Source: Eledone cirrhosa (taxonomy: Eukaryota). Taken from it: a stretch of 64,000 nucleotides of DNA. The notes below the pieces were generated by a model. That model was given only the letters and a program-made list of their open reading frames with translations, did no database searches and had not been told where the DNA came from. Made by a program: the position numbers and the translations under genes. Location of the stretch: assembly GCA_964016885.1 (NCBI GenBank), contig OZ024751.1, positions 36,394,001 to 36,458,000 on the forward strand. The letters are read 5' to 3'. Position 1 is the stretch's first letter. Every line of letters starts with the position of its first letter. Below, piece after piece: positions 12,884 through 25,473 of this stretch.

Positions 12884-14983
12884 TTACCGTATTTTTGGTA
12901 GAGGAGGGATGGTTTTTACATCCCTTTTCACTTGATCGTCTGGTGAAGGGACCGTTGAATCGTCCCTTCGGCTGGTCGTCGGCTCTTCTAAGAGAATGTC
13001 TGAATATACTCTTCGATTAATGGTTCCTCCTAGGTCCCTGAAATCACCAACTGCGTTGGGAAATTTCGTTTTAATGTTTGTGTATTGTTTCTGTGCTATT
13101 TTTAGCAGTCTTATGTTAGTTGGCGTTTTGATTGGTGCTGGTATTATGTAGTCCTGTTGTGAAATGTCTGTGTGTTCAATTATGTAAGTCATTAGTTTCT
13201 TGTTGTGTGTGTTTATTGCCGTGCATTTGTTTTTCTGGGGGTGGGGTGTGGTTCTGCTATTTTCTTGTCGTTGTTGCTGGGTGTGTGTGTTTTGTTGTTG
13301 TGTTTGCGATGTTGGTGCTTGTGGTGGTGGTGTTGAAGGTGTTGTTGGCGGTGGGGTTGTCGCCGGTGGTGATGGTGGTGCTGGTGTGGGTGGTGATGGT
13401 GTTGGTGGTGTTGCTGCTGTGGGTCTCTTTGCAGTAGACTTTACCCTTTTCTCATTTCTTTCCTCCCTTTTCAAAGGCGACGATGCGCTGCTTCTGCGTT
13501 TGTGCCTTCTTGAGACCTTTTGCCATCCCTCTCCCACCTCACACTCCATGTCTGATTCTGTAAGGTCGGGGAGGGGTACCAGCTCCACTCTTTCACTTGT
13601 TGTTGTTGGTGATGTTTGCACTGGAGTCTCTGTTGCAGCTGCATTTGGTATTGCTGTTGTTGTTGTTAATATTTCCACTGCTGCTGCTGTCTTTGATTTC
13701 CGTGGAGTGGGTATGGGTGCCACGGACCTATCGTTCCTGGTTGCCGCTTGTCCTGTTGCTGGTAGCCGTGGAACCGGATTCGGGAGGAGGGGGGTTTTCT
13801 CCTTTCTCAGGGTCTTCTCGTTGCAGAAGGCCCTGAGGTGAGTCTTCGATCCACAGCGAAAGCATTTCGGGCGTTTGCCCTCAACACTTATGGGCAGTTG
13901 AGTGCCGTTATCGAAGTCTATCACATCCGGGATAGCTTCGATGCACTCCTGGTTGGTTTGGATTAGCATCTCAATGGAGGAGCCGACCCAATCTTCTCTT
14001 ACTTTTTTCTGTACTTGCAGTACAGTTGTTTTGTCCTCGATTCCGACGAGGACAGACGCGGCCAGCCAAGAAGGGGTCATTCCGGGGGGGACGTGGGTCA
14101 GTTTGACCCTCACAATTTTTTGCCCGCAGTAGGAGGGCACCAACACCATTTCCTCGCTCCTTAGGGTCACTACTGATTGGGCCTTTGCCTCCTGGGGTGT
14201 GGCAAAAAGTACGTCTACGGTGGCGTATTTTTTGCCTCGGGTGATGTGCGTTTTCCTCTGCCACACAGACCCCAAGGCTTTTTGTATTTGGGCCTCTGTG
14301 GCTCTTTCCACCCTACGGGATTTTGTACTTACTGTACGGTACGTGACCGTACAGTGCTCTTGGGTTTCGAAAAAATTTTTCGCTGCCTTGCAGATTGCTC
14401 GGTGTCCGTTCTTTGTCACCATCTTCTTCGCTTCCTCTAATTCCTCATTTGTTATGAGGATTGTTTCCAGGTTTTTCGCAATACCTGCAAATGAGATTGG
14501 TTTTTCTCTGCTGTTGTTGTTGTCGTCAGAGCTGCTGGTACTTTTGTTGTTGCTGCAGGTACTACGACTACTGCCTCCGCCGCTGTTGCTGTGGTTGTTG
14601 TTGGTGTTGCTGCTGCTAATGCTGTTGTTGTTTATGCTGCTGGTGATGCTGTTGCGGCTGCTACTGTTGTTTTCATTGTCACTGTTGCTGTTGTTATTAC
14701 GGCTGCTACTGCTATTATTCCTGACGTCAGACGAATGAACTGGGTTTTCGTATTTCCCGCACACCTGTTTCGTCGCTGTCGTCGTCGTCGTGGAGAAACC
14801 TTGCACGCTTTGCACGAGACTTTTCTTTTCTTTCGTCGCTTGCGAAAGAGAAGGTAGGGAGAGAGACACATTTAAAGAAGGGAGGGAGAGAGACAATCTT
14901 CTCTCTCCTGTAGTGATGATTGAGGAAGAAGAAGACGGAATGAGTGGGAGTGACGTATGAAATTTTTTTTTTTTGGTAGCCAT
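12884..14983 (-). CDS. ORF1, gag-like nucleic-acid-binding protein with CCHC zinc knuckle
   Basis: Open ~700-codon frame; first ATG at 14983 (MATKKKK), true start uncertain. CFRCGSKTHLRAFC = CX2CX4HX4C; basic WQKVSRRHKRR segment; Pro/Thr-rich tail; stop 35 bp upstream of the ORF2 ATG. Confidence 0.85.
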   Translation of the reverse strand: MATKKKKFHTSLPLIPSSSSSIITTGERRLSLSLPSLNVSLSLPSLSQATKEKKSLVQSVQGFSTTTTTATKQVCGKYENPVHSSDVRNNSSSSRNNNSNSDNENNSSSRNSITSSINNNSISSSNTNNNHSNSGGGSSRSTCSNNKSTSSSDDNNNSREKPISFAGIAKNLETILITNEELEEAKKMVTKNGHRAICKAAKNFFETQEHCTVTYRTVSTKSRRVERATEAQIQKALGSVWQRKTHITRGKKYATVDVLFATPQEAKAQSVVTLRSEEMVLVPSYCGQKIVRVKLTHVPPGMTPSWLAASVLVGIEDKTTVLQVQKKVREDWVGSSIEMLIQTNQECIEAIPDVIDFDNGTQLPISVEGKRPKCFRCGSKTHLRAFCNEKTLRKEKTPLLPNPVPRLPATGQAATRNDRSVAPIPTPRKSKTAAAVEILTTTTAIPNAAATETPVQTSPTTTSERVELVPLPDLTESDMECEVGEGWQKVSRRHKRRSSASSPLKREERNEKRVKSTAKRPTAATPPTPSPPTPAPPSPPATTPPPTTPSTPPPQAPTSQTQQQNTHTQQQRQENSRTTPHPQKNKCTAINTHNKKLMTYIIEHTDISQQDYIIPAPIKTPTNIRLLKIAQKQYTNIKTKFPNAVGDFRDLGGTINRRVYSDILLEEPTTSRRDDSTVPSPDDQVKRDVKTIPPLPKIR

Positions 14984-15358
14984 GTTTTTTTGCTTAAAAT
15001 GAAATTTTGGGTACAAAACCCCAATAACTGATTATTTAACCCCGAAGGGCCAAATAACGGACAGAAAGACCCCTCTCACGAGGAGGAGGGTGTCTTTATC
15101 AACAATTTGGTTCAAGTTTTAAACAATTTACAATTGTTTTAACGGTTAAAAATTACTATACCTTACAGAGCCGAGCCTCCGTCAACCATGGCATTCAATA
15201 ATAATAATAATAATGATAAATGTGTGTGTAATGTTGAAATGAAATAAAATATAATTTTTTGGAATTATAAAATGAATTAAATAGAAACGTGTCTGGATAG
15301 TCGTTAGTGATTAAATTAACGTTGGTGTGACAACTACAGCAATAGAATAGTAATGGCA

Positions 15359-15462
<104 letters not shown>

Positions 15463-15802
15463 AGCAATAGAATAGTAATGGCAACTACTACTACTATTAC
15501 TACTACTACTACTACTACTACATCAATAGAATAGTAATGACTACTACTACTACTACTATTACTACTACTACTACAGCAATAGAATAGTAATAACAACAAC
15601 AACAGCAGCAACAGTAACGACAGCAACAACAACAACAGCAGCAGCAGCAATAAAATAGTAACATCAATAACAACAACAACAAAATTAACGACAGCATCAA
15701 CAACAACAATAACAATAACAACAAAAATAGAATAGCAACAACAACAACAACATCAACAACAAGAATAGGATTGCTACAGCATTAAACAAAACGTGTGTTT
15801 AC

Positions 15803-15835
<33 letters not shown>

Positions 15836-16521
15836 GTGTGTGTGTATATATAAGTGTGCATGTGTATGTTTGTGTGAGTGTGTGAATATGTGAGTGTGTC
15901 AATGTGTGAGTGTGTGTGCGTGTGTATACATATGTGTATATATATATATAAGTGTGTGTGTGTATTTGTGTGAGTGTGTAAGTTGGTGTATACATATGTG
16001 TATATATATAAGTGTGTGTATGTGTATGTTTGTGTGAGTGTGTGTGCGTGTGTGTGTGGTGTGTATATATATATATATATATGTGTGTGTATGTGTATAT
16101 TTGTGTGAGTGTGTGTGAGTGAGTGTGTGTGAGTGGTGTGTGTATATATATATATATGCGTGTGTATGTGTATGTATGTGTGTGTGTGTGTGGTATATAT
16201 ATATATATGTGTGTATGTGTATGTTTGTGTGAGTGTGTGAATGTTTGAGTGGGTGTATACATATGTGTATATCTATAAGTGAGTGTATGTGTATGTTTGT
16301 GTGTGAGTGTGTGTGGGTGTGTGTGAGGTGTATATATATATGTGTATGTATGTGTATGTTTGTGTGTGTGTAGACTGACACACACACATTAGTAAACCGA
16401 TAGTGATCAATAGAAGGGAATAGTCATACAGTTGACCGTTAGGTTGTGGAAACCTAATCTTGTTGCTATTACCACCAATTATACATGGCATATATATAAA
16501 CACACACACATATATATATAC

Positions 16522-16559
<38 letters not shown>

Positions 16560-16627
16560 ATGTGTTTGTGTGTGTAGATAGATAAATACATATATATATA
16601 TATATAAATACATACACACATATATAT

Positions 16628-16664
<37 letters not shown>

Positions 16665-16884
16665 TGTATGTATGTATATAGATAAATATCTATATATATA
16701 TATACATTATATATAAATATATATATGTATACATATATATATATTTATATATAAATATATATATAAGTATATAAAGATATATACATGTATATATTTATAT
16801 ATAAATATATATATAAATATATATATACATATATATATATACATATATACATAAATATATATATATATAAACACACACACACAC

Positions 16885-16930
<46 letters not shown>

Positions 16931-16942
16931 GCGCACACACAT

Positions 16943-16987
<45 letters not shown>

Positions 16988-17375
16988 AGATATAAACATC
17001 AAGCATGACACATGATATCCCAGCAAGCAGTCACAGCTGTAATAATAGTACATTGGCCTCAACAGAAATCCCACATGGTTACATGACAAGAGACATAGAG
17101 CGGGTGGTTGTATAGGTGAGTGGGTAGAAGGTGTAGGCTTGTATAATGATGTTATTGTCACTATTGTTGTTGTTGTTGTTGATTGATGATCATGTTATGA
17201 TGCTTTGTTGTAGAGCTTTCTATATAAGCATATTGAGTCATCAACAAGTTACATAAAAACATGCATACATGCAATTACACATGCATATATCTATGTATGT
17301 GTAGTGTGTATATGCATATGTGTATATGTGCATGTAATATATATATATATGTATGTATATATATATATATATATA

Positions 17376-17789
17376 TCCGGGAGAGATGACCCCTTAGCCT
17401 TTGTCAAGGCAGCATTCTAGGAGAAGGAAAACTCTGATATAATACCTGCAACCCTGATGGTATCCAATGATGTTGATATGTTCTTCTTTTTGGTAAATAT
17501 CATCTTGGTTAAGAGAGTGGGACTGGCTTTGTGCAGTGCCTTTACTCACTATAAAAGCTTCACGGCACAGGCATTGCTTTATATCTGGAGATCTCTCTGC
17601 ACTTGTCGTCACATGGTACCATGGGCCCAGCACTATGTGTCAATAATTGTCACAAGTGTAGTGTTTGTACCAGAGTTTTCAAGTCGCTGGCTGGACTAAA
17701 AAGTCACACTCGTTCAGCGCAACGGTAGGAGTTCTCCTACATGGATATAAAGTAGTGGCCGTACTCGAAAACGACTTGGCAGCCACCAT
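17376..17789 (+). mobile_element. 414-bp non-autonomous RTE derivative, copy 1
   Basis: Near-identical to 19929-20342; contains ctaggagaaggaaaactctga (RTE 5'-UTR-like, from recall) and CSVCTRVFKSLAGLKSHTRS zinc-finger coding remnant. Confidence 0.8.
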
Positions 17790-17802
17790 ATAGATATATA
17801 TA

Positions 17803-18012
17803 TAGGAAAAGAGTCAGGACCCCGACGGCTGAACTCCGGCCGTTTTGACAGCTAGATCCGAACTGAAATCTTAGTTCGGATCTAGCTGTCGAAACGACCG
17901 GAGCTCAGCCGTCGGGGTTTGACTCTTTTCCAATTACCCACTCTACTGCCCTAAATATCGATACTCTGGTGCGTTATGGTCCACCTGGTTTCTTAGCACA
18001 CTTTCTTTGTTA
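17803..18012 (+). mobile_element. Family A copy, ~60-bp-arm palindrome plus ~80-bp tail
   Basis: Arms 17805-17864 and 17873-17931, 8-nt loop, then the conserved tail. Confidence 0.9.
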
Positions 18013-18183
18013 GAGAGAGTGTGAGTGTCGTACACAGACAGATAGATACATAGATAGATAAATTACACATTTTCTGTTCTTCAGCCACTTGTATACAATT
18101 GTCCTGATGCAAAGGCTGACAAAACTCAATTGCACATCTACACAATTGTTAGACCATGAAGCCTAAGGCACCACATTGAATTA

Positions 18184-18257
<74 letters not shown>

Positions 18258-18428
18258 ATATATATAACAATATATTTAGAAACACACAGATACATGCGGA
18301 CACACACATATATACATGAATGCATCCGCACCCAACTGTGAGTTAAGGGTGCCAACTTCACCGATGTTGCTCAATGAATGACTGGGACAGACCAATTCAG
18401 TTGAACTAGACTGAACCAGTATCAGAGT

Positions 18429-18489
<61 letters not shown>

Positions 18490-18490
<1 letters not shown>

Positions 18491-18721
18491 ATAAAGAAAA
18501 AAAGATGAAATCGAAAATGCAACTGGAGCCTTATTTTTTTTTAAATATATATATTTATTTGTGGTTTTTCTCACATATGAGAAAACCACAGACCCTCCAT
18601 CTCAACTCTACTTTTGAAAAGCAGAAGAACTGCGAAACCGGTAAAGGAACCAAATGAATATATATTTTTTTTTAAAATAAGACTCCAGTTGCATTTTTGA
18701 TTTCATCTTTTTTTCTTTATA
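18490..18721. repeat. Inverted repeat, ~70-bp arms, around a degenerate HHR
   Basis: ataaagaaaaaaagatgaaatcgaaaatgcaactggag... versus ...ctccagttgcatttttgatttcatctttttttctttat. Confidence 0.88.
18611..18646 (+). ncRNA. Degenerate minimal hammerhead motif
   Basis: CTT-tTGAAaA-GCAG aagaa CTGC-GAAA-CCGG-TA-AAG; two core substitutions relative to CTGAAGA. Confidence 0.55.
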
Positions 18722-18924
18722 CTTTCACTCGTGTAGGACACCGGTTATTTTTCATTTTGTAAAAAAACCTCACTTTCTAATATATATATATATATATATT
18801 GTTATACTTGGGGAGGGTCATATATGTGTAATATTACCAGAATTAATAACAGAACACACTCACTGTTCATATAAACAACCTCGATTTCATATAAAAAAAA
18901 CCTCGCAAAACTAATTCATCACGG

Positions 18925-19009
<85 letters not shown>

Positions 19010-19129
19010 GTGCTGGAGCTTTGGACATTTGTATCAGGTCATTGCGTTCTGAATTCAAATCACTCTGATTTACACTTTGCCATTCATAAAATACTTAAAT
19101 TCTGGATGTTCTGATGTTCTGCTAGATAA

Positions 19130-19520
19130 AAGAAGGGAGATCGAGGGTGTTATTATGTCAGCAAGCGACTGCAGGAGCACCAACATTCTCTAGTGAAAGC
19201 ATGGTACATGCCACCAATTCCTACACGATTGCGAGTGTCGGCTGTCATTTGAATAGTTGTATAGGTGCAGGTATGTATGTATTTGCTTGAGCAAAGTTGG
19301 TCTTAGGAGCCACAGTCGCAGCCATGTTCAAAGAGAACCAGTGAACTATAATCTACGCGGTATTGTGAAGGTTCACAGGCAACCTGCTGTAAGACCTGAG
19401 GTGTCGTGAATGTTCTAAGGAGTGCAAGTCCCTAGCAGGATTGAAAAGCCATATCCGAGCGACACGCATTTGAATCTGACAAGCGATTGCAATACTCTTT
19501 TAGAATTTGCACCCATCATG
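19130..19520 (+). mobile_element. Degenerate RTE 3' end with two C2H2-like fingers
   Basis: ICLSKVGLRSHSRSH (~19281-19325) and CRECSKECKSLAGLKSHIRA (19402-19461), short 3' UTR, (ATGT)n tail. Left boundary approximate. Confidence 0.65.
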
Positions 19521-19528
19521 TATGTATG

Positions 19529-19559
<31 letters not shown>

Positions 19560-19560
<1 letters not shown>

Positions 19561-19863
19561 ACCACTGGGAGTGAAGGACCCCTAGTTTTTGTCAGGGTAT
19601 TCTTCTAGGGGAAGGCAAATCAGGAAACTGGGATAACTCCGATATAAAACCTGCGGCTCAATAGTTACCGATGATGTTGAGCTTTTCTTATTTTCGGGTT
19701 ATAGCTACTGTCGCTCAGAGAGTGGGATTGGCTCAGTGTATGGTCTTGCCTCACTTTTAAAAAATCTTCACGCACACGCATTGCACGATAGCATTAATTA
19801 ATAATTATTAATAATGTTATATCGTGCAATGGCCATACTCGATAACGAAGGGGCAGCCATCAT
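19560..19863 (+). mobile_element. Diverged relative of the 414-bp element
   Basis: Shares ctagg.gaagg.aaa, aactc.gatataa.acctgc, gagagtggga.tggct, ggcc.tactcga.aacga..ggcagcca; internal hairpin at 19780-19830. Confidence 0.7.
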
Positions 19864-19928
19864 ATATGTATGTATGTGTGTATGTATGTATGTATGTATG
19901 TATGTATGTATGTTTGTATGTATGTATG

Positions 19929-20342
19929 TCCGGGAGAGATGACCCCTTAGCCTTTGTTAAGGCAGAATTCTAGGAGAAGGAAAACTCTGATATAACACCT
20001 GCAACCCTGATGGTATCCAATGATGTTGATTTGTTCTTCTTTTTGGTAAATATCATCTTGGTTAAGAGAGTGGGACTGGCTTTGTGCAGTGCCTTTGCTC
20101 ACTATAAAAGCTTCACGGCACAGGCATTGCTTTATATCTGGAGATCTCTCTGCACTTGTCATCACATGGTACCATGGGCCCAGCACTATGTGTCAATAAT
20201 TGTCACAGGTGTAGTGTTTGTACCAGAGTTTTCAAGTCGCTGGCTGGACTAAAAAGTCACACTCGTTCAGCGCAACGGTAGGAGTTCTCCTACATGGATA
20301 TAAAGTAGTGGCCGTACTCGAAAACGAGTTGGCAGCCACCAT
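19929..20342 (+). mobile_element. 414-bp non-autonomous RTE derivative, copy 2
   Basis: Same length and ends as copy 1; flanked by (ATGT)n on both sides. Confidence 0.8.
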
Positions 20343-20850
20343 GTATGTATGTATGTATGTATGTATGTATGTATGTATGTATGTATGTATGTATACCCAC
20401 ACACAAACAACACACGCTGTCTGATATTCACCAAAGAACATCCCTACACCCTATCACGAAAGCCGAACACGATATACCTAATATAAACATAACAGAAAAT
20501 TTAATTAAACTTACTCCTGCGATGGAAAGATTACCAACACGGGGCAAAAAAAGCTAACGATGACACACCCACACGAGAAACAGTTTCAAACCCCCGCAAC
20601 TCAAGGATATAGATCTGTATTCTCCTCTCTGGGTTCATAAGAATCCCAAACGTTCCCTATGTTATAATGTTTGTTGTGTTCGTGGAAAAAACGATGTTCA
20701 GACAGGATGTGTCACTAAACCTTGACAGTTCTTTTTAATATTCTGATGCTTCTACTTTCTATGTTATTCTTATATGAAATTGTATATTTTCTTTTATACA
20801 TATATATGTATATATATATGTATATATATATATATGTGTGTATGTGTGTG

Positions 20851-21041
<191 letters not shown>

Positions 21042-21361
21042 TATATGTATAGATATATATAGATATATATAAAGGAAGATAAAAAAAAGTCTATGTATAT
21101 ATTCTTTGTTTTCTCAATTTAAAGTCCTCTTTAAAAGTCTCTTAGTAATATTTGGGGTTCGCTATCTTGGAAGCAGAAGTCTTAAATATGATAATGAAAG
21201 TAATTTTATTATTATTATTATTCTAGTAATATACTGGGATAATTGCTGGCTTTGTGCCAAAAGTAGTAACAATTATCATTATTATATTAATAAAGTCCCA
21301 GTAATACACTGGGTAATTGCTGGCCTTGTGCCAAAAGTAGAAACAATTATTATTCTAAAAA

Positions 21362-21556
21362 AGGGCGGTGAATTGGCAGTATCGGTAGAGAGTCGGACGC
21401 CATGCTTTCCAGCATAGTTACGTCCCTTTACGATCTGAGTTCAAATCCCGCCGAGGTTGACTTTGCCTTTCATCCTTACGGGGTCGATAAAATAAAGTAC
21501 CAGTAATGCACTGGGTAATTGCTGGCCTTGTGCCTAAAGTAGAAACAATTATTATT
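21362..21556 (+). mobile_element. tRNA-derived SINE (MetaSINE-like centre), full length
   Basis: A box tggcagtatcgg, B box gagttcaaatccc, centre ccgaggttgactttgcctttcatccttacggggtcgataaaataaagtaccag, (ATT)n tail. Confidence 0.85.
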
Positions 21557-22129
21557 CTAAAAACCAATTACGAAATAATACTTTGTCGGTTTCGACATGC
21601 ACGTGCCTGTGGTTGGACCAAAGGAAGAACCAGCTTATGAGACTGTAGTGTAAATAACAGAATTCCACAGACACGTGTGTTCTTAACGTAATTCTCAGGA
21701 AGATTCAGAGTCATAAAGTATGGAAGAACACACACACGCACACACAAAAAAAACACAGAGAGAACACACACACTCACGCACGCACGCACACACACACACA
21801 CACAAAACACACACAGAGATTACACTCGGAAAACACGCAAAAACATACAGAGAGGGAATACACATACATATCACACACAAAGAAAACACACACACACACA
21901 CCCACACACACACACAGGTGACACAAAAAGAACAGCCAACACACACACCGAATAGACAGAGAGAATCTAGCAAGAGAAAATGTCCATATTTATTCGTTGT
22001 TCTCTCAGCAGTAATATCTTGTTAACATCGATGACGAGTTGTCTTGCTTGTAGTCCACAGATCAACCATATTTGTTCTAGAGAAATACTTGGTTGTGTCT
22101 GTCTTAATGTTGCTATTGTTGTTGTTTTT

Positions 22130-23385
22130 GCTGGTGGTGGTGGTGGTGGTGGTGGTGGTGGTGGCGGTGGTGGTGGTTATGGTGGTGGTGGTTATGGTGA
22201 TGGTGGTAATGGTGGTGGTGATGTTGGTGGTGATGGTGGTGATGGTGGTGGTGATGTTGGTGGTGGTGGTGTTGGTGATTGGGGACTGGTAGTGGTGGTG
22301 ATAGTGATGGTGTAGTGGTGGTGATGGTGGTGGTGATGTTGGTGGTGATGGTGGTGGTGGTGGTAGTGGTGTTGGTGGTTGTGGTGGTGGTGGTGGTTAT
22401 GGTGATGGTGGTGATGGGGACTGGTGGTGATGATGGTGGTGGTGGTCAGGGTGCTGGTGCTGGTGCTGGTGGTGGTGGTTTATGGTGGTGCTGGTGATGG
22501 TGTTGATGTTGGTGGTGTTGATGGTGGTGGTAGTGGTGTTGGTCTTAGTGATGATAGTGCTGCTTCTGGTGGTGTTGGTGAGGGTGATGGTGGTGATTGG
22601 GTGTGATGTTGTTGGTGGTGGTGATGGTGGTGGTGATGATGGTGGTACTGCTGGCGGTGGTGATTGGTGATGGTGATGATGGTGGTGATTGGGGGCTGGT
22701 GTTGGGGCGCTGTTAATATTGTGTTGATGATGGGGGTGGTAATGGTGGTTTTGGTGCTGATGGTGCGGTTAATGTTGGTGATGATGATGATCATGTTGGT
22801 ATTGGTGTTGTTGTTGAGGGTGGGTTTGCTGGTGGCCTTGTTGGTGTTGTGTTGATGGTGGTGTAGGTGTTGATGATGGTGTTGGTGTGATTGATGATGG
22901 TGTTGGTGATGGTGTTGGTACTGGTGATGGTGTTGGTGTTGGTGTTGGTGTTGGTGTGATTGGTGATGGTGTTGGTGATGGTGTTGGTGATGATGTTGGT
23001 ACTGGTGATGGTGTTGGTGTTGGTGTTGGTGTTGGTGTGATTGGTGATGGTGTTGGTGATGGTGTTGGTGATTGGTGATAGTGTTGGTGATAGTGTTGGT
23101 GATGATGTTGGTATTGGTGATGGTGTTGGTGTTGCTGTTGGTGTTGGTGATAGTGTTGGTGATGGTGTTGGTGATGGTGTTGGTGTGATTGGTGATAGTG
23201 TTGGTGATGGTGTTGGTGATGATGTTGGTATTGGTGATGGTGTTGCTGTTGCTGTTGGTGTTGGTGATAGTGTTGGTGATGGTGTTGGTGTTGGTAGGTA
23301 TTATTGTTGGTGTTGGTGATGATGTTGGTATTGATGGAGGTATTGTTGGTGGTGTTATTGGTGGTATCGATGTTGGTTGTTGTTG
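22130..23385. repeat. Degenerate (GGT/GAT/GTT)n tract
   Basis: Directly visible; similar tracts at 40780-41475, 53400-54200, 61720-62790 and 63120-64000. Confidence 0.95.
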
Positions 23386-23515
23386 ATTACATCACAATCA
23401 ATCCGTACATCTGACTTCATGTGTCATGCAAGACATCAATACTTACAACACACAATTGTCGTTTGTCGTCACTGAATTTCACGGGAACGACTTGACTTTC
23501 TTATTGACATTCATG

Positions 23516-23590
<75 letters not shown>

Positions 23591-23816
23591 ATACTACTGC
23601 TGCTGCTGCTGCTGCTGCTGATGCTACTACTACTAGTGCTACCACTACCACTACTACTACAACTACTACTAGTGGTGCTGCTAGTGATTAAACAGAAAGT
23701 GTCGCTTTATAACCGCCATTGTTTGGGGTGCGGGGGTTATTGATGCCTCTTTTGCGTCCCATTGACCTTCTCTTTCTTACTCTTTCTCTGTCTGTATTTA
23801 TTTCTGTATGTCTGTA

Positions 23817-23917
<101 letters not shown>

Positions 23918-23986
23918 GTGTATATATATATATATATATATGTTTCAAAACATACTTACATATACATGTATCTACATATATATATG

Positions 23987-24029
<43 letters not shown>

Positions 24030-24146
24030 CTCTTGTTTTTTCTTAATTGTAAAGTCTACTTACAAACCTCCCCTAGTCTGCCTTAGGTTACTAGCTCTAT
24101 ACGGACGTTTAGATTGATTAAAAACACACGTATATATATGTATATA

Positions 24147-24191
<45 letters not shown>

Positions 24192-24907
24192 TCTATGTAT
24201 GCACAAACATACATACACACATACACACAGACACCCCCCACACACACACATTTCATACATCTAATATAGTAACAATGTTAATATGTAATAATATAAAGTA
24301 GGTTGTTGAGAAAACGTCTTAATGCACTTTTACTCTTCTCTTTACAATCCACATTTAACTTTCTATTATAATAACTCTTTCCATCTTCTCAAATATCTGT
24401 CCGCCATTTTTTAAAGCTGCTGTTTTCATTTTTCTGTTTCGTTTTACCTTTATTTATACATTTATTTAATTGTTTGTTTATTTATGCATTTATTTATTTG
24501 TTTGTTTGTTTATTTATGCATTTATTTATTTATTTGTTTGTTTATTTATGCATTTATTTATTTATTTATAAATTTATTTATTTATTTATTTGTAAAGTTA
24601 TCTATCTATTTATTTATTTATATCTTATACTTACTTTTCGCTTCATTTATTTTATATATATATGTTTTTTGTAAATTCATTTATTTTATATATATATTTT
24701 TTTTTTAAATTCTTCTATTCGTTTTTTTAACTTATTTCAGTCATTTGACTGCGGCCATGCTGGTACATCATATATATTTATTTGTTATATTTATTTTTTA
24801 GATACTATTCTATTGTTTTACTCTTTTGCTGGATTCATTTATTAGACAGCGACCATGCTTTATAATTTGTTATATTCCATTTTAGTTTTTAGTTTCTATT
24901 TTGTCAT

Positions 24908-25102
24908 TGGATTAGCATTATCAGTAGAGCGTCGGATATCCTGCTTTGTAGCATCGAGTTAAAACCCTTTACCTTTACCCGAGTCCAAATCTCGCCGAGG
25001 TTAGCTTTACCTTTTTTCCTTAATATGTCGATAAAATAAAGTACCAGTAATGCACTAGTAATTGCTGGCCTTGTGCCTAAAGTAGAAACAATTATTATTA
25101 TT
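24908..25102 (+). mobile_element. Same SINE family, diverged
   Basis: ccgaggttagctttacc...gtcgataaaataaagtaccag...gctggccttgtgcctaaagtagaaacaattatt. Confidence 0.8.
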
Positions 25103-25106
25103 GTTG

Positions 25107-25157
<51 letters not shown>

Positions 25158-25379
25158 ATTATTGACATTGTTGTTTACTTTCATGGTAAGGTTTTAATCA
25201 TTTGTTCTTAGCATTGAACACGGTTAAATGAACTCAAAACAAACAAACGTTGTATGTGTGTATATATATAAGTATATATGTAAATATGTTTCTATGTATG
25301 TATGTTAGATACATATATACATACATATATCTTTATAACTCACCCTCTTTCTCTCACTCTAACAATATATGTGTATATA

Positions 25380-25473
<94 letters not shown>

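Larger units (their letters stand above)
9165..15196 (-). mobile_element. Full-length Tx1/L1-clade non-LTR retrotransposon (~6.0 kb)
   Basis: GC-richer island with two tandem minus-strand ORFs (gag-like, then APE-RT-zf), AATAAA at 9171-9176, and (AAT)n directly at both junctions (9108-9164 and 15197-15214). Confidence 0.93.

Noticed and set aside
10444-14871. Antisense and alternative-frame ORFs inside the Tx1-like element
   Set aside because: Expected shadows of GC-rich coding sequence; no motifs.
21362-21452. tRNA gene
   Set aside because: A and B boxes are present but over-spaced, there is no cloverleaf, and it continues into a SINE body found in many copies.
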